A stretch of 64,000 nt of DNA from a phage. The stretch lies in NCBI GenBank assembly GCA_036439915.1, contig GCA_036439915.1_3065.1; one strand, given 5' to 3'. Of the stretch, positions 40,307-49,802 are shown piece after piece. Below the pieces are notes generated by a model, which saw only the letters and a program-made list of their open reading frames with translations, was not told where the DNA came from and searched no databases. The translations under genes and the position numbers were made by a program. Position 1 is the first letter of the stretch; each line of letters opens with the position of its first letter.

Positions 40307-41308
40307 TTACTTAATTAACTGTAAAGCTTGTTCCAAACGATCAAGACGATTAACAGATTCTTCCCAAATCCTTTTAGCCTGCTCATATTCTTTCTGCGCT
40401 TTATTAGAAATTTCTAGAACTTCTTTATAAGCTTTTTCTAGTGCAATAACTTCTGGACGAATTTCTACCGGTTCAGGTGAATCGTCAAGACATTCCATTA
40501 GTTCCTCAAGGGTAGTTTCTTCTTTAGGAGTATTCACAATTTCATCACATTTTTGTTGGTAAATTTCTTTATTAGTCGGTGAGTACGCGCACTTTACTTC
40601 ACGAAGACTAATTACAATTTTATATCCTTCCCAGCCGCATATATTCTTAAAAGGATATGTATGAATATTTTCTACTGTTTCCATACAAAGTAATGCAGTC
40701 TCTAACTGACGAGTTATAGTGCTAGCAATTGAGAAAAATTTATTAATATTCTTTTGGTTAGCGTTTGGTGTAAAAAATCCATAATTCACAAAAATAGCTA
40801 CTTTATTTTCATCAAGCTCATATTCTTTTACGATAATCATATCAGAAGCCAAAGGATGAATTTGACGATAATCGCCATAACATAATTTAGAAGCTGATTT
40901 TAGAATTTGTCCTTTGAAAAGTCTGAAATTACTAATCCAACGACGAGTAAAAATATTCTCAGGGTCTTCTTTATTATTAAGATGATAAGAATTAACATCA
41001 CCGAACCAATTATATCCTACTACATCTTTGGTTCGTTTAATTTCTTTCCCAAAATTACCAAGAATATCCCGATTAACCAAATATGAAAGAAGACGAGACT
41101 CTTTAAAGGTTTTCTTGATAACATCTTTATCTACACGGCTAGAAATTTTACGAATTTCATGAATAAATTTAGTAGAAGAAACAATACTTGCATCAACACT
41201 ATTGAGCCATTGATTGATAATAGAAAGAACGATATTTTGACCAAACATCGGTATAGCTTTATCATCAATAACGCTATTGAATGATTTGATATATTCGTTA
41301 CGAGTCAT
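40307..41308 (-). CDS. hypothetical protein with C-terminal coiled coil
   Basis: 333 aa from Met downstream of own early promoter; GAGGAG SD; coiled-coil tail. Confidence 0.55.
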   Translation of the reverse strand: MTRNEYIKSFNSVIDDKAIPMFGQNIVLSIINQWLNSVDASIVSSTKFIHEIRKISSRVDKDVIKKTFKESRLLSYLVNRDILGNFGKEIKRTKDVVGYNWFGDVNSYHLNNKEDPENIFTRRWISNFRLFKGQILKSASKLCYGDYRQIHPLASDMIIVKEYELDENKVAIFVNYGFFTPNANQKNINKFFSIASTITRQLETALLCMETVENIHTYPFKNICGWEGYKIVISLREVKCAYSPTNKEIYQQKCDEIVNTPKEETTLEELMECLDDSPEPVEIRPEVIALEKAYKEVLEISNKAQKEYEQAKRIWEESVNRLDRLEQALQLIK

Positions 41309-41336
41309 AATAATCTCCTCAGTAGAAAGTAAGAAC

Positions 41337-41366
41337 ATTATACCACATCCTTGTGGTAAAGTAAAC
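41337..41366 (-). promoter_or_regulatory. sigma70-type early promoter
   Basis: GTTTAC, 18 bp, TGGTATAAT on minus strand. Confidence 0.6.
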
Positions 41367-42388
41367 TAGTTCAGTGCATTTAATGCATTGTTCAGTTTAG
41401 AACGTTGCTTCGTGAGATTTTTGACTTTTTCTTGTGCTTTTTCTAGCATCTTTTCAGCTTCTAACACTTCATTAGTTGCTTTAACGAGTTCATCATCTAC
41501 TGCCTTAAGGGACTTCTCAATCGCATCCGCGTGCCATTTTTCAACAGGTTTAAGACTCGGATTTTCAACAGGAAGAAAATTCACTTTATTGAATTTCCAT
41601 GCATCTTTATTACCTGAACTATACATCCAAAATTTAGGATCATTTGACGAGTAATTAGATAAATTTAAGGTATCTTGTACTTCCTGCTTTTTCTCTTGTG
41701 TAACTTCGTCCTTTCTCAAAAAATCGTATTTAAATGAAACGATCATATCAAGTTCATACGTTGTTGTATGTTCCCAATTTCGCTCAAAACGAGGTAAAAT
41801 CTTAGACTGAACAGCGGCAACAACATCCATATACTTAAATGCTTCTGTCAACTGCGATTTAAGGCATTCACAAATTGAAAGAGAATTTTTTGTATTAGGT
41901 TTAAAGCTAATTCGTGCGGTTCTATTATTTTCTTTTAATGGTCTTACTTCCATCTGAAGAGTATAACCATCAAATTTCAGGTTCTTTAAGTTAATATCAG
42001 AACCTTTTAATCGACTCGCAGTTGATAAAATTTGCTTTAACTGTCTACGGAACAGAGCAATAAATCTCCATTCAATACGATAATGATTTGGATTGAAAAA
42101 TCCAGATGATAAATCGACCTTACTTTGACCAACGCCTTGAACAAATAGAGGATTTTTATAATCAATAGTTTTACAGAAATCGGTGAGCTGCTCACGAGCC
42201 GTCATTTGTGTAATATACCCTGCTTTACTAAAATTACGCACCCATTCGCTGCTATTCAAATATTTAAAGTGATGAATAGCACGATTAACTTTATCAAGGT
42301 CTAAATTATTTTCGCACAAAAATGTCATAACATCACGAGTATCGCTGGCACTACGAACCATATCTTCAATTTGAGAACGAGTTTTCAT
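41366..42388 (-). CDS. hypothetical protein with C-terminal coiled coil
   Basis: 340 aa, N-terminus MKTR..., coiled-coil tail. Confidence 0.55.
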   Translation of the reverse strand: MKTRSQIEDMVRSASDTRDVMTFLCENNLDLDKVNRAIHHFKYLNSSEWVRNFSKAGYITQMTAREQLTDFCKTIDYKNPLFVQGVGQSKVDLSSGFFNPNHYRIEWRFIALFRRQLKQILSTASRLKGSDINLKNLKFDGYTLQMEVRPLKENNRTARISFKPNTKNSLSICECLKSQLTEAFKYMDVVAAVQSKILPRFERNWEHTTTYELDMIVSFKYDFLRKDEVTQEKKQEVQDTLNLSNYSSNDPKFWMYSSGNKDAWKFNKVNFLPVENPSLKPVEKWHADAIEKSLKAVDDELVKATNEVLEAEKMLEKAQEKVKNLTKQRSKLNNALNALN

Positions 42389-42396
42389 GGTATTCC

Positions 42397-43308
42397 TTAA
42401 GATTTAAGTAAATCAACAATTTTAATTAACTTTTCACGCTCAGATTTAGCTTTACTACTCAATCCAGATAGTCTGAAAATTTCATCGTCATACTGTTGAA
42501 TAGAAATATTCAGCTCTTCAATCTGTTTATTAAAATAATCAATTTGTTCAGAATGTTTTTCATTACTACGAACTGGTACAGGTTTCGTAGGCAATTTAGT
42601 TGAACTGGATTCATCCGGGCGATAAATTAAAATACAACTTGAACCAATCGGGCATTTTGCACCAGATGAATATTCCAGTGTTCCAGCTTCTTTTAAAATT
42701 TCAAAAGCTAAACAGAGATGATGTCCCATATTAACATAATCTGTAGAGCGAGCTCTGATGTAATAATCATCTCCGCGAATACTAAATTTAAAGCATTTAA
42801 GGTCTTCTGTATTATTGGTCTTAAAAATCATTTGTTTATCTAGACCTTTAGCTAATCGAGCGCCTAATGCTAATAATCGTCGTTGATTTTCCCACAAATC
42901 CGCAATCATTTGGTCAAATGATAATTTCGGCATTAATCGACCATAAAGGTCATATCCTTTATTATAATTACGAAGGATTTCACTCGCATTAATGCGAGAC
43001 AACGCTCCAATTTTATTAAGGGCTTTCATAATGCGATTAGATAAACTCATTCCAGATCCGCTTGTTCGCTGCAAATGTTTTTCTAATCCAAATCCAATAT
43101 CAACTTTAAACTTATCTAAAATTTCGGCATGAACATCTTTATCAATAACATTCAAATCCAAAGTTGGGTTAAATCTATGAAAAAATTTATCTGGCTCTCC
43201 ACGACGAAGTACAGTCCATTCATTCATCATTTTTTTATTAACTAAAGATTTAATTACTGCATTGACATTATTAATTACTACTGACATATTTTCCTCACTC
43301 AATTTCAA
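42397..43308 (-). CDS. hypothetical protein with C-terminal coiled coil
   Basis: 303 aa, coiled-coil tail KSEREKLIKIVDLLKS. Confidence 0.55.
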   Translation of the reverse strand: MKLSEENMSVVINNVNAVIKSLVNKKMMNEWTVLRRGEPDKFFHRFNPTLDLNVIDKDVHAEILDKFKVDIGFGLEKHLQRTSGSGMSLSNRIMKALNKIGALSRINASEILRNYNKGYDLYGRLMPKLSFDQMIADLWENQRRLLALGARLAKGLDKQMIFKTNNTEDLKCFKFSIRGDDYYIRARSTDYVNMGHHLCLAFEILKEAGTLEYSSGAKCPIGSSCILIYRPDESSSTKLPTKPVPVRSNEKHSEQIDYFNKQIEELNISIQQYDDEIFRLSGLSSKAKSEREKLIKIVDLLKS

Positions 43309-43711
43309 TTTTACTAAATATACAGAATATACAGAATATGATTGAACAGACTACATAAGCACCACACACGGATTGAACTAATACCATCCCAAAGAACCAA
43401 ACAATATTATCAAACAGTGTCTGTTTTACGTCGAAAGGACGTAAACTTACAGTAATATTATCACCTTTTTCTATTGAAGAATACATCTCTGGGGAAATAT
43501 ATTCACTAAATCTATAACCGTCTTTGAGTTCATATACGGCAATAAACGATAAACTAGACCCTTTTCCTTGTGTTCCTGTAATGGTATTAACTACAGTAAC
43601 ATCATAATCTTTATAATGCATATAATCATTAATTGCGTAATAACCATATGCAACTACTACACATAAACAACATATCAATAAATTCAATCTTTTAATTATC
43701 AACTGTTTCAT
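43295..43711 (-). CDS. membrane protein
   Basis: 138 aa with N- and C-terminal hydrophobic segments. Confidence 0.5.
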   Translation of the reverse strand: MKQLIIKRLNLLICCLCVVVAYGYYAINDYMHYKDYDVTVVNTITGTQGKGSSLSFIAVYELKDGYRFSEYISPEMYSSIEKGDNITVSLRPFDVKQTLFDNIVWFFGMVLVQSVCGAYVVCSIIFCIFCIFSKIEIE

Positions 43712-43766
43712 AATAATCTCAATTAAAAGGGCTTAGAACCATTATACCATCCTTGGTATAAAGCGG

Positions 43767-44294
43767 TTATGCGAGTACCGTCTTTAACCGTTCTTCAAAC
43801 TTCCGAAGAGTATTTTGGCGTTCAGCTCTTTGCTTTTTGTAAGTTTCAATACGCTCTGAAATGAGAGAGTATCGTTCATTTACTGATTCTTTCATAAAAT
43901 CAGGAATTTCACGAGAAGCTTTAATCTCGTCAAATTTATCAATAACAGCTTGCTCTTCAGCAATTAAGTTATCATACATTAAAATATCTTTCTTGATGAA
44001 CTCAATATCTTTTTGAGTTACACGAGATAATTTAGATGCTTTATCCTTTTTGTACTGTTCGTTAGTATCACGAGACCAATGTAATGTACGATTTTTATTC
44101 GTATTCTTGTAAATTTCTACAATACCGATCTCATCAATAATAACGATCCAATTCCAACGTGATTTATAAATTTGTCCTCCATCAACAGTGATTTCACCTC
44201 CGATTGAGATGTCGTTAAAGAACTTGCTTTGTGCTTCAGATTTAAATTTACCATCGTTGTAATTTACCAAGTTGAAAATATCTTTAGCGTTCAT
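43767..44294 (-). CDS. hypothetical protein
   Basis: 175-aa ORF directly downstream of early promoter. Confidence 0.5.
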   Translation of the reverse strand: MNAKDIFNLVNYNDGKFKSEAQSKFFNDISIGGEITVDGGQIYKSRWNWIVIIDEIGIVEIYKNTNKNRTLHWSRDTNEQYKKDKASKLSRVTQKDIEFIKKDILMYDNLIAEEQAVIDKFDEIKASREIPDFMKESVNERYSLISERIETYKKQRAERQNTLRKFEERLKTVLA

Positions 44295-44322
44295 TTTCTG
44301 TTCCTCCGTAGTTGATAGTTGT

Positions 44323-44352
44323 ATAGTACCACAGAGGAACAGTCTTGTAAAC
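44323..44352 (-). promoter_or_regulatory. sigma70-type early promoter
   Basis: GTTTAC, 18 bp, TGGTACTAT. Confidence 0.6.
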
Positions 44353-44354
44353 CA

Positions 44355-44669
44355 CTAAAAGAAACTTCTTTCACAATTTTTTCCACTGAACCATGCGCTT
44401 ACTGCTTTCTTAGTCTCAGGAGCAGTGTTATCCATAAACCATTCAAAGGCAGCCTTTTTATGATTCTGGAGGGCTTCTCGGGCTTTAATCTGCTCACGGT
44501 CTATTAACACTAACATATGAGCCTTTCTTGTCACCATGGGCTTCTTATGATTTTTTGAATACTCCCAGTCATTTGTCCATCGCATTGTCGTTGCGAACTG
44601 AAATACTGCTTCTTTAATTTTAGTTTCGTAAATTTCACGAGCCTTTGAGTATAACATCACTACCTCCAT
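44355..44669 (-). CDS. hypothetical protein
   Basis: 104-aa ORF. Confidence 0.45.
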   Translation of the reverse strand: MEVVMLYSKAREIYETKIKEAVFQFATTMRWTNDWEYSKNHKKPMVTRKAHMLVLIDREQIKAREALQNHKKAAFEWFMDNTAPETKKAVSAWFSGKNCERSFF

Positions 44670-44758
44670 TCACCAGTTTAATTCTAGTCATCTTTTTAAT
44701 GGCAGTCCATATAATCTATTTCTGAACTGCCTTTTTGTCATAGAAGTCCTCTTATGAA

Positions 44759-45727
44759 TTATTTCAGAAGAGTAACTTCAGCGATTTCTTCCCAACCGTT
44801 TTTGTCGGTCATAATAAAGTCAGCAAGATAAAGTGCAGTACGCAGTGAAACATTGCGTAAACGATTAACATTGACTTTCATCCATGATAATGCTTTATAA
44901 GTTTCTTCATCAGAAAGACCGCGCTTTTGCATCATGTCAGTTGAAAGAATAACATCTTCAACCCTGACCATAATTTCTTCATTAGTGTGAACACCCAAAT
45001 CCAAATAAACCGAGCGGGACACTAATGCTTGTAAATGTGGAGCAAGTTTAGTACCACGGTCTAATTCGCGGTCAATGTCAACGTTTGTGATAAAAACAAT
45101 CGTTCCTTTAAATTCAAACTCACGGTCAATGCCTTTTTCTTCTAAGTAAGAAGATGCGGTGCTCCAGCAGACTTTACGGGTCTCTCCAGTGTCCAGAGCA
45201 GCTTTTAGAAGATTAAGAATGTCCATATCAGAGAAAACATCCACATCATCAATCAAAAGGACAGAATTCTCTTCACGATTATTCCAAAGTTGTTCATAAA
45301 GACCGATACCGGAGATTTTACCATTAATGCTTTTATATTCAATGTATCCATTATCATTTGCTTTATTTAAAGCTTTATCTAAAGAATACGTTTTACCAAT
45401 ACCCGCCGCACCAGAGATAATTAATGAACGAATGTTTCCATTAATAATACCATTCGTCATCATTCCCATAACATTAAATCTTTTATTAATGCGGGTTTTC
45501 ATATCTTCATATGATTCTTTAACTTCTTCAACTTTTACACCATCATATGAAATGTCTGATTTGTAAACCCAAACACCACGACGTTTACCGTCAATTTCAA
45601 CAAAAACTTTACCATCTCCTTGTGCATCTACCGGAGCATTATCTGGGAACCATTCGCCTAAGAGCTCAAAAGTTCCAGAGATTTCTTTACCGAAGTAGAT
45701 ACCCTTATTGATAGTTACAGTTTTCAT
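44759..45727 (-). CDS. P-loop ATPase (AAA-like), nrdC.10 position
   Basis: 322 aa from internal Met after promoter leader; Walker A GAAGIGKT, Walker B VLLIDDVD. Confidence 0.6.
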   Translation of the reverse strand: MKTVTINKGIYFGKEISGTFELLGEWFPDNAPVDAQGDGKVFVEIDGKRRGVWVYKSDISYDGVKVEEVKESYEDMKTRINKRFNVMGMMTNGIINGNIRSLIISGAAGIGKTYSLDKALNKANDNGYIEYKSINGKISGIGLYEQLWNNREENSVLLIDDVDVFSDMDILNLLKAALDTGETRKVCWSTASSYLEEKGIDREFEFKGTIVFITNVDIDRELDRGTKLAPHLQALVSRSVYLDLGVHTNEEIMVRVEDVILSTDMMQKRGLSDEETYKALSWMKVNVNRLRNVSLRTALYLADFIMTDKNGWEEIAEVTLLK

Positions 45728-45761
45728 TTTATTCTCCAAATCCGTATCAGTTGATAGTTGT

Positions 45762-45791
45762 ATAGTACCATAAAGCTTTATGTTTGTAAAC
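45762..45791 (-). promoter_or_regulatory. sigma70-type early promoter with conserved leader
   Basis: GTTTAC, 18 bp, TGGTACTAT, leader ACAACTATCAACTGATACGGATTTGGAGAAT. Confidence 0.6.
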
Positions 45792-45811
45792 AACTTTGTG
45801 AAAAATTTTTG

Positions 45812-45841
45812 AAATAAAAAAGGGAGCCCGAAGGCTCCCTA
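45812..45841 (-). terminator. intrinsic terminator after nucleotidyltransferase gene
   Basis: GGGAGCC-TTCG-GGCTCCC hairpin plus T-run. Confidence 0.6.
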
Positions 45842-46855
45842 TCATTTATAATAACTTCGGTGGTTTTCAAGATAGACCTTCTCAAGGAAGTCATCCCAGA
45901 AACTCATGTCTACTTTTTGCTGCATACCGTTCTTAGAAGCTTCAGTAGATGCTTCTTCTACTTGATCGACCACATCTTCCAAAAACTCTTGAACTGTTTT
46001 AAATGGATGCTTACCCAACTTCACGTCGAGAATAAAGGGAGCATCTTGAAGTGGATAGACTAAGTCACCAGTTTTGTAAATTTCCAATAGTTGAAGTCCA
46101 CCACGACAAGCATGACTTAGTGCTTTCCAATCAATGCCTTCATTGGCTTCGGCCTTACGAGCACGTTCACCGTATTCAGCATCTAATTTGTTCAGTGACT
46201 GCTTAAGCTCAATAAGAGAAAGCGTTGTCTGATATTTACGACCCAACACAGTGTAGAACGTTTGTGGGCCTGTTTTCTCATGATTATGGAACACCCATTC
46301 ACAGAATTCGTTTTCTGGAAGACGATGCTTAATATCTTCAACTTTAGTGCGACGCTGCTTAATAGAACCATCTTCTTGGTAATCAACCCATTGCTCGGGG
46401 ATTTGATTAACTACTTTCAATACATCACGTAATGCAGCCAAACGAGAACCCTTGACACCGTATTTAGAAGCTTGCTTGCGGACATATCCTAAATAGGATT
46501 TCATGTTAGTCGTATAAAAACGAGAACGGTTGTCTTGAATAAACTTCCACACATCAGGCAAATCAGATTTAACCACTAGTTCAGGTGGAGTGTGAAGCAT
46601 ATCCAATGCTACAGTTTCACCATCTGCTGCTAATTTAAAGAAATATTTAAGACTGTATAGTTCATGGTCAATATCATCTTTGGTGTTTTTAGATGATGTG
46701 TTGTTAGTGTTTTTACTCATATGCTCTTTAACATTTCCAATAAGAATATCACGAGCAGGAGGAACAAAGATTTCTTTAAAATCTACATCAGATTCTGGAG
46801 TAGAAGTTCCATAAAGATGACTACCAAAATAGCTTTTCATTACTGTTTTCATCAT
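45842..46855 (-). CDS. Pol-beta superfamily nucleotidyltransferase (nrdC.11 position)
   Basis: 337 aa; N-terminal FGSHLYGTSTPESDVDF fits the GS...[DE]x[DE] NTase signature; function not assignable from sequence. Confidence 0.55.
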   Translation of the reverse strand: MMKTVMKSYFGSHLYGTSTPESDVDFKEIFVPPARDILIGNVKEHMSKNTNNTSSKNTKDDIDHELYSLKYFFKLAADGETVALDMLHTPPELVVKSDLPDVWKFIQDNRSRFYTTNMKSYLGYVRKQASKYGVKGSRLAALRDVLKVVNQIPEQWVDYQEDGSIKQRRTKVEDIKHRLPENEFCEWVFHNHEKTGPQTFYTVLGRKYQTTLSLIELKQSLNKLDAEYGERARKAEANEGIDWKALSHACRGGLQLLEIYKTGDLVYPLQDAPFILDVKLGKHPFKTVQEFLEDVVDQVEEASTEASKNGMQQKVDMSFWDDFLEKVYLENHRSYYK

Positions 46856-47313
46856 TCAGCCTTATATTCAATAACAGGACATACTTTAGCTTTACGAGCT
46901 TTTAAAAATTCAACGATAATCGATTTCTTGGGTTGAATAGGAGGTAAACCTTTATACGCTCTATCAATATTTTCTACGTGTAAAGCATAGTCCTTTTTCC
47001 ATTTATAATCTTTATATTTTTCACGCAAATGTGCAGGAATAACAAATGAACCGATAATAAGTAAAACAACCAAAAGCGCAAGTATAAATGCTGATGGAAG
47101 CAAAGTCCATAAACTACCGAAAATAAGCCAACGTTGTAGGCTTTCTGCACAAATAATTGTTAACCCTACGAGTATAGCACACCCAAAAATAGAAACGAAA
47201 AATGTAGGAATGGCAATAGACCAAAAATATGCGCATAATGTCTTAGGTCGTTTCCATTCATCATTAAACATTTTGAATAATTTATAGTGCCAAGAGCTTT
47301 CATTAATAATCAT
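46852..47313 (-). CDS. multi-pass membrane protein, translationally coupled to the nucleotidyltransferase
   Basis: 153 aa, 3-4 hydrophobic helices; ATGA overlap with downstream NTase start. Confidence 0.5.
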   Translation of the reverse strand: MIINESSWHYKLFKMFNDEWKRPKTLCAYFWSIAIPTFFVSIFGCAILVGLTIICAESLQRWLIFGSLWTLLPSAFILALLVVLLIIGSFVIPAHLREKYKDYKWKKDYALHVENIDRAYKGLPPIQPKKSIIVEFLKARKAKVCPVIEYKAE

Positions 47314-47315
47314 AA

Positions 47316-47837
47316 TTATCCTTTCATTGAAGGTGTAACAGTTGTTAAATACTTAATCATAGCTTCAGCTTCTGATTTTGATAATGAAATTTCTCCATTG
47401 TTTTGACGAATAGAAATAAAATCCGGATGACGGTCACCACCAGCTTTCAAAACACACATATAAGTATCAGTTTCATCTTCAATATTTGAAATGATTGAAG
47501 CAGTTCCACATGAATGGGGTTTTTGATAAATCAATACGGCTTTTCTTCCACCGTTTGACTGTTCATAAACTTTTAACACATCAAACAAATCACTTCTTTT
47601 ATCAATAGCTAAGATGTTATTTTCATCTTCAATGTTAAATCCTTCGGATACTTCATAAAGTGTCACCCATAAATCACCTATATCGATAGTAGCATTTACT
47701 TTTCCATGGCTTTCAAGAGCATGACAAATTTTCTTGATTTCGTCATAACTCATTTTAATAATATCATCTCCTTGAATAAGGAAGATGTCATTTTTAAATT
47801 CAACACGAATTAAACCACTTTCACTTGAAATAAACAT
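47316..47837 (-). CDS. hypothetical protein, paralog of 47844..48401
   Basis: 173 aa; C-terminus SKSEAEAMIKYLTTVTPSM resembles neighbour TKDEAIALKTYLDSVIPTM. Confidence 0.5.
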   Translation of the reverse strand: MFISSESGLIRVEFKNDIFLIQGDDIIKMSYDEIKKICHALESHGKVNATIDIGDLWVTLYEVSEGFNIEDENNILAIDKRSDLFDVLKVYEQSNGGRKAVLIYQKPHSCGTASIISNIEDETDTYMCVLKAGGDRHPDFISIRQNNGEISLSKSEAEAMIKYLTTVTPSMKG

Positions 47838-47843
47838 ATTTCC

Positions 47844-48401
47844 TCACTTTGAAATCATAGTTGGAATGACAGAATCAAGATAAGTCTTTAGCGCAATAGC
47901 TTCGTCTTTGGTAAATGTAACAATATGTGATCGAAAATCGTCAATTTGACGAATAGTTAAGACATCTCCCTCTTCATAACATTTTGATACATTTAAAAGA
48001 GTTTCATCATTCTGATTGCAAGCGTTAGTAATAATAGCATTGCAATTTTTAAGCCATTTTAAACTATGTTTTCTTTCATTAGAATAATAAAAATATTTAA
48101 TCTTAGCTATAAAACTATCCCAATGGATAACTGATAAACACATTGACTCACTGTTAATATTAAATCCTGGGCATGAAGAATAAAAATGAATTTTGTGCTC
48201 ATCATTGATGCTTACTATTTTATCAGTATAAGGATATTCAATTTGGGTTAAATGAATGATTTCACTAGGCGTAAAATATAGCATATCGTCTTCTTGTGTC
48301 AAACGATACATGTTATTTACTTTTTCTATAGCCAATTCACCAAAAAGCGGACTAACTTCTAATACTAATCGTTTCATATTGATTCTCTTCGACTCACCCA
48401 C
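47844..48401 (-). CDS. hypothetical protein, paralog of 47316..47837
   Basis: 185-aa ORF; shared C-terminal motif. Confidence 0.5.
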   Translation of the reverse strand: MGESKRINMKRLVLEVSPLFGELAIEKVNNMYRLTQEDDMLYFTPSEIIHLTQIEYPYTDKIVSINDEHKIHFYSSCPGFNINSESMCLSVIHWDSFIAKIKYFYYSNERKHSLKWLKNCNAIITNACNQNDETLLNVSKCYEEGDVLTIRQIDDFRSHIVTFTKDEAIALKTYLDSVIPTMISK

Positions 48402-48536
48402 AATTACATACTCCTTTGAATAATATCAATAATGTTGTTCACCAGATTATAAGTAAACATCGGGTAATTATATTGAATCATCACATACACAACAAACAAA
48501 ACTTTCATTCTCTTCTCCTTGACAGTTGACAAGATT

Positions 48537-48566
48537 ACTATACCATAACCTTGCCAACTTGTAAAC
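48537..48566 (-). promoter_or_regulatory. sigma70-type early promoter
   Basis: GTTTAC, 18 bp, TGGTATAGT; followed by a 34-codon hydrophobic ORF (about 48404..48508). Confidence 0.55.
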
Positions 48567-48731
48567 TGTTAAATGACGTTTTCAATAAAATTCTGAAGCT
48601 TTGTGTGAGCATCAACCATGATTTTCATTTCTTCCTTTGCGAAAGCTATACCTCTTTCACGAGAAGAATACTCATAGTCAGAAACTGCGTTAGCATATTC
48701 TTCAATTAGCTTCATTAAAAACATCTGCTTT

Positions 48732-48926
48732 TCAGTTTTCATTATTCCACCTAATCATTTCAAGATATTGAACTAACTTAGCTTTGGATTTATCCAAATC
48801 CTTTTTAGCTGCTTCTATACCGTCGTATGAATATCCTTCACAATGCTCAACTGCTAATTGATATGAATCTATTTCAATATCACGTGCTAATTTAATGATT
48901 TTTTCAAACTGTTCGCGTGTTAGCAT
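48732..48926 (-). CDS. hypothetical small protein
   Basis: 64-aa ORF. Confidence 0.4.
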   Translation of the reverse strand: MLTREQFEKIIKLARDIEIDSYQLAVEHCEGYSYDGIEAAKKDLDKSKAKLVQYLEMIRWNNEN

Positions 48927-49131
48927 ACTTAAACTCTCGTATTATGATCGATAATTTCATCAAGAAACATATCTAACGCTTCTAAAGCATTATCAACTTT
49001 AGCTTCAAGTTCATCAATACCTTTATTTGCAATGCCTGACGAAAACTAAGCAAAGTCACTAAGTTCCTCATCTGCTTTACGAATTGAAGCCACTAATTCC
49101 TTGATTTTATCTGCTTGCTCTATACTAATCA

Positions 49132-49320
49132 TTATTCCACCACATATGACAGAGAGAATATTGCACACGCCATGTGAGTTGCAACTTCATCACACATATT
49201 ATAACGTTTCTTAAGAAGTTCTACAAGTTCTTCACTAGTAACTTCATCCATGTCGACGAAAAAATCACCATTAATGATGACGTAGATATTTCCTTCTTGA
49301 TTAAGTGCTTCAATTTTCAT
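49132..49320 (-). CDS. hypothetical small protein
   Basis: 62-aa acidic ORF downstream of early promoter. Confidence 0.45.
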
Positions 49321-49348
49321 GATGTTCTCCTCTTTATCCGATGGTTGT

Positions 49349-49378
49349 ATAGTACCACGGCTCAGACGGAAAGTAAAC
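49349..49378 (-). promoter_or_regulatory. sigma70-type early promoter
   Basis: GTTTAC, 18 bp, TGGTACTAT. Confidence 0.6.
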
Positions 49379-49387
49379 CGGTAAAAT

Positions 49388-49412
49388 GAAAAAAGTCTCC
49401 CGAAGGAGACTA
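49388..49412 (-). terminator. intrinsic terminator after rI.-1
   Basis: AGTCTCC-TTCG-GGAGACT hairpin plus T-run. Confidence 0.6.
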
Positions 49413-49415
49413 ATG

Positions 49416-49802
49416 TTATTCGAGGGAAAGAAGATACTTACTCTGGTAAAACATTCCAGTAATATCATCTATCGTGCTTTGGATGGCTGGAGGCATTTCT
49501 TTATAAATGCTATTAGATTGGTCTAGTATGTGATCAATCATTTTAATTGTGTCGGTAGGAAGTTTACTAGCATCTGGAATTGAAGGTGTGTATTTTCTAC
49601 CAGAATACCCCAAATACTGCTCACCAAATTTGTCAATCAAATCTGGCAACTCGGAGAAAATAAAATCGTATGCTTTGTGTCTAGCATAACTTTTAGTTTC
49701 AAAATGTGCAGAATGAAAATAAGCTTGTGCAGCCATTAATAAACCTAAGTATTCATCTGCCTTTGAAGGTTTTCCACTTTGTGAAAAGTCGCTGAATTTC
49801 AT
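49416..49802 (-). CDS. hypothetical protein (rI.-1 position)
   Basis: 128-aa ORF. Confidence 0.5.
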
